DNA of 64,000 nucleotides from Rickettsiales bacterium (GTDB lineage Bacteria; Pseudomonadota; Alphaproteobacteria; Rickettsiales; UBA1997): NCBI GenBank assembly GCA_947442475.1, contig CANEVP010000002.1, positions 14,380 to 78,379 of the forward strand, read 5' to 3'. Shown piece by piece: positions 63,312 to 64,000 of this stretch (position 1 is its first letter; each line of letters starts with the position of its first letter). The notes under the pieces were generated by a model. It saw only the letters and a program-made list of their open reading frames with translations, ran no database searches and was not told where the DNA came from. The position numbers and the translations under genes were made by a program.

Positions 63312-64000
63312 TGAAAATTTATGCAAATAAGCTCGAAGAAGTTGTTTCAAGCAATCGCAGGATCAATGTCTCTTTTGAATTTTTTCCTCCAAAATCTGAT
63401 GAGATGGAAGTGAAATTGTGGGATGCAATTTCTAATCTCAAAGGTCTTAAGCCAAGCTTTGTTTCGGTGACTTATGGCGCTGGTGGATCAACTCGCGAGA
63501 GAACGCATCACACGGTAAAACGTATCATTGATGAAACTCATTTAAGACCAGCTTCGCACCTTACTTGTGTTGGTGCTTCAAAAAATGAAGTTGATGAAAT
63601 TCTTAAGAATTATTGGCAAATGGGCGTGCGTCACATTGTGGCTTTGCGCGGTGATATGCCGGCTTCAAGCCCGAATTACCAACTTCATCCCGACGGCTAT
63701 CAATATGCTAATGAGTTGGTTGCGGGCATTAAAAAAATTGCTGATTTTGAAATATCAGTTGCTGGCTACCCCGACAAACATCCCGAAGCTAAAAGCGTTC
63801 AAGAAGATATCGATAACTTGAAGCGTAAGGTTGATGCTGGTGCAACGCGAATAATCACGCAGTTTTTTTTCGACACCAATGTTTACCTGGATTTTGTGGA
63901 AAGATGCAGAAACGCCGGAATTAAAGTTCCAATTGTGCCAGGAATTTTACCGGTAAGTAACGTCAAACAAACCAAACACTTTGCTAAAATGTGCGGGGCG
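63311..64000 (+). CDS. metF: 5,10-methylenetetrahydrofolate reductase, N-terminal part; the gene runs off the right edge
   Basis: Absent from the ORF track because there is no stop in the window. My own translation from the ATG at 63311 (overlapping the pyrE TAA) gives MKIYANKLEEVV...VSFEFFPPKSDEMEVKLW...SFVSVTYGAGGSTRERTHHTV...ASHLTCVGASKNEV...IVALRGD...ISVAGYPDKHPEA...AGATRIITQFFFD, which is collinear with MetF. Confidence 0.85.
   Translation, partial: MKIYANKLEEVVSSNRRINVSFEFFPPKSDEMEVKLWDAISNLKGLKPSFVSVTYGAGGSTRERTHHTVKRIIDETHLRPASHLTCVGASKNEVDEILKNYWQMGVRHIVALRGDMPASSPNYQLHPDGYQYANELVAGIKKIADFEISVAGYPDKHPEAKSVQEDIDNLKRKVDAGATRIITQFFFDTNVYLDFVERCRNAGIKVPIVPGILPVSNVKQTKHFAKMCGA

Overview
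This is an AT-rich, very gene-dense chromosomal window with about 58 protein genes and 1 tRNA. I recognised no rRNA, CRISPR, transposase, integrase or phage genes. The gene content includes ccmH, a cox11-like gene, split pntAA/pntB, tolQ, a long-linker FtsZ, and the envelope genes lpxK, lpxL, lptE, bamE and lolD. This reads like a Gram-negative, most likely a reduced-genome, host-associated alphaproteobacterium. That placement is inference only, because no search was possible. Several classical operons are broken up: murF-mraY lacks murE and murD, ftsZ stands alone, infC lacks rpmI-rplT, tolQ lacks tolR, pntAA and pntB are 20 kb apart, and leuB lies 52 kb from a cimA/leuA-like gene. Four things stand out against this housekeeping background. 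(1) A 2321-aa ORF (16454-23419, minus) joins a transglutaminase-like Cys/His/Asp core to a string of AAA_5-type (dynein/MoxR-like) ATPase modules, and an orphan lolD starts 1 nt after its stop. (2) A 1163-aa ORF (47555-51046, plus) has no motif I can name and carries three in-frame tandem-repeat blocks. (3) A CarD/CdnL-type regulator has a histone-H1-like Lys/Ala/Pro N-terminal extension and a poly-acidic C-terminal tail. (4) A family of about 85-nt palindromic elements (three full copies and one half copy) shows compensatory base changes between copies, and two copies bracket cyaY-leuB. A second palindromic element type and several unusually long hairpins are also present. All functional calls come from reading motifs by eye in the supplied translations. 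Where the longest ORF ran into a repeat or a neighbouring gene, I moved the start to an internal ATG, or named a likelier internal start in the evidence, and say so.
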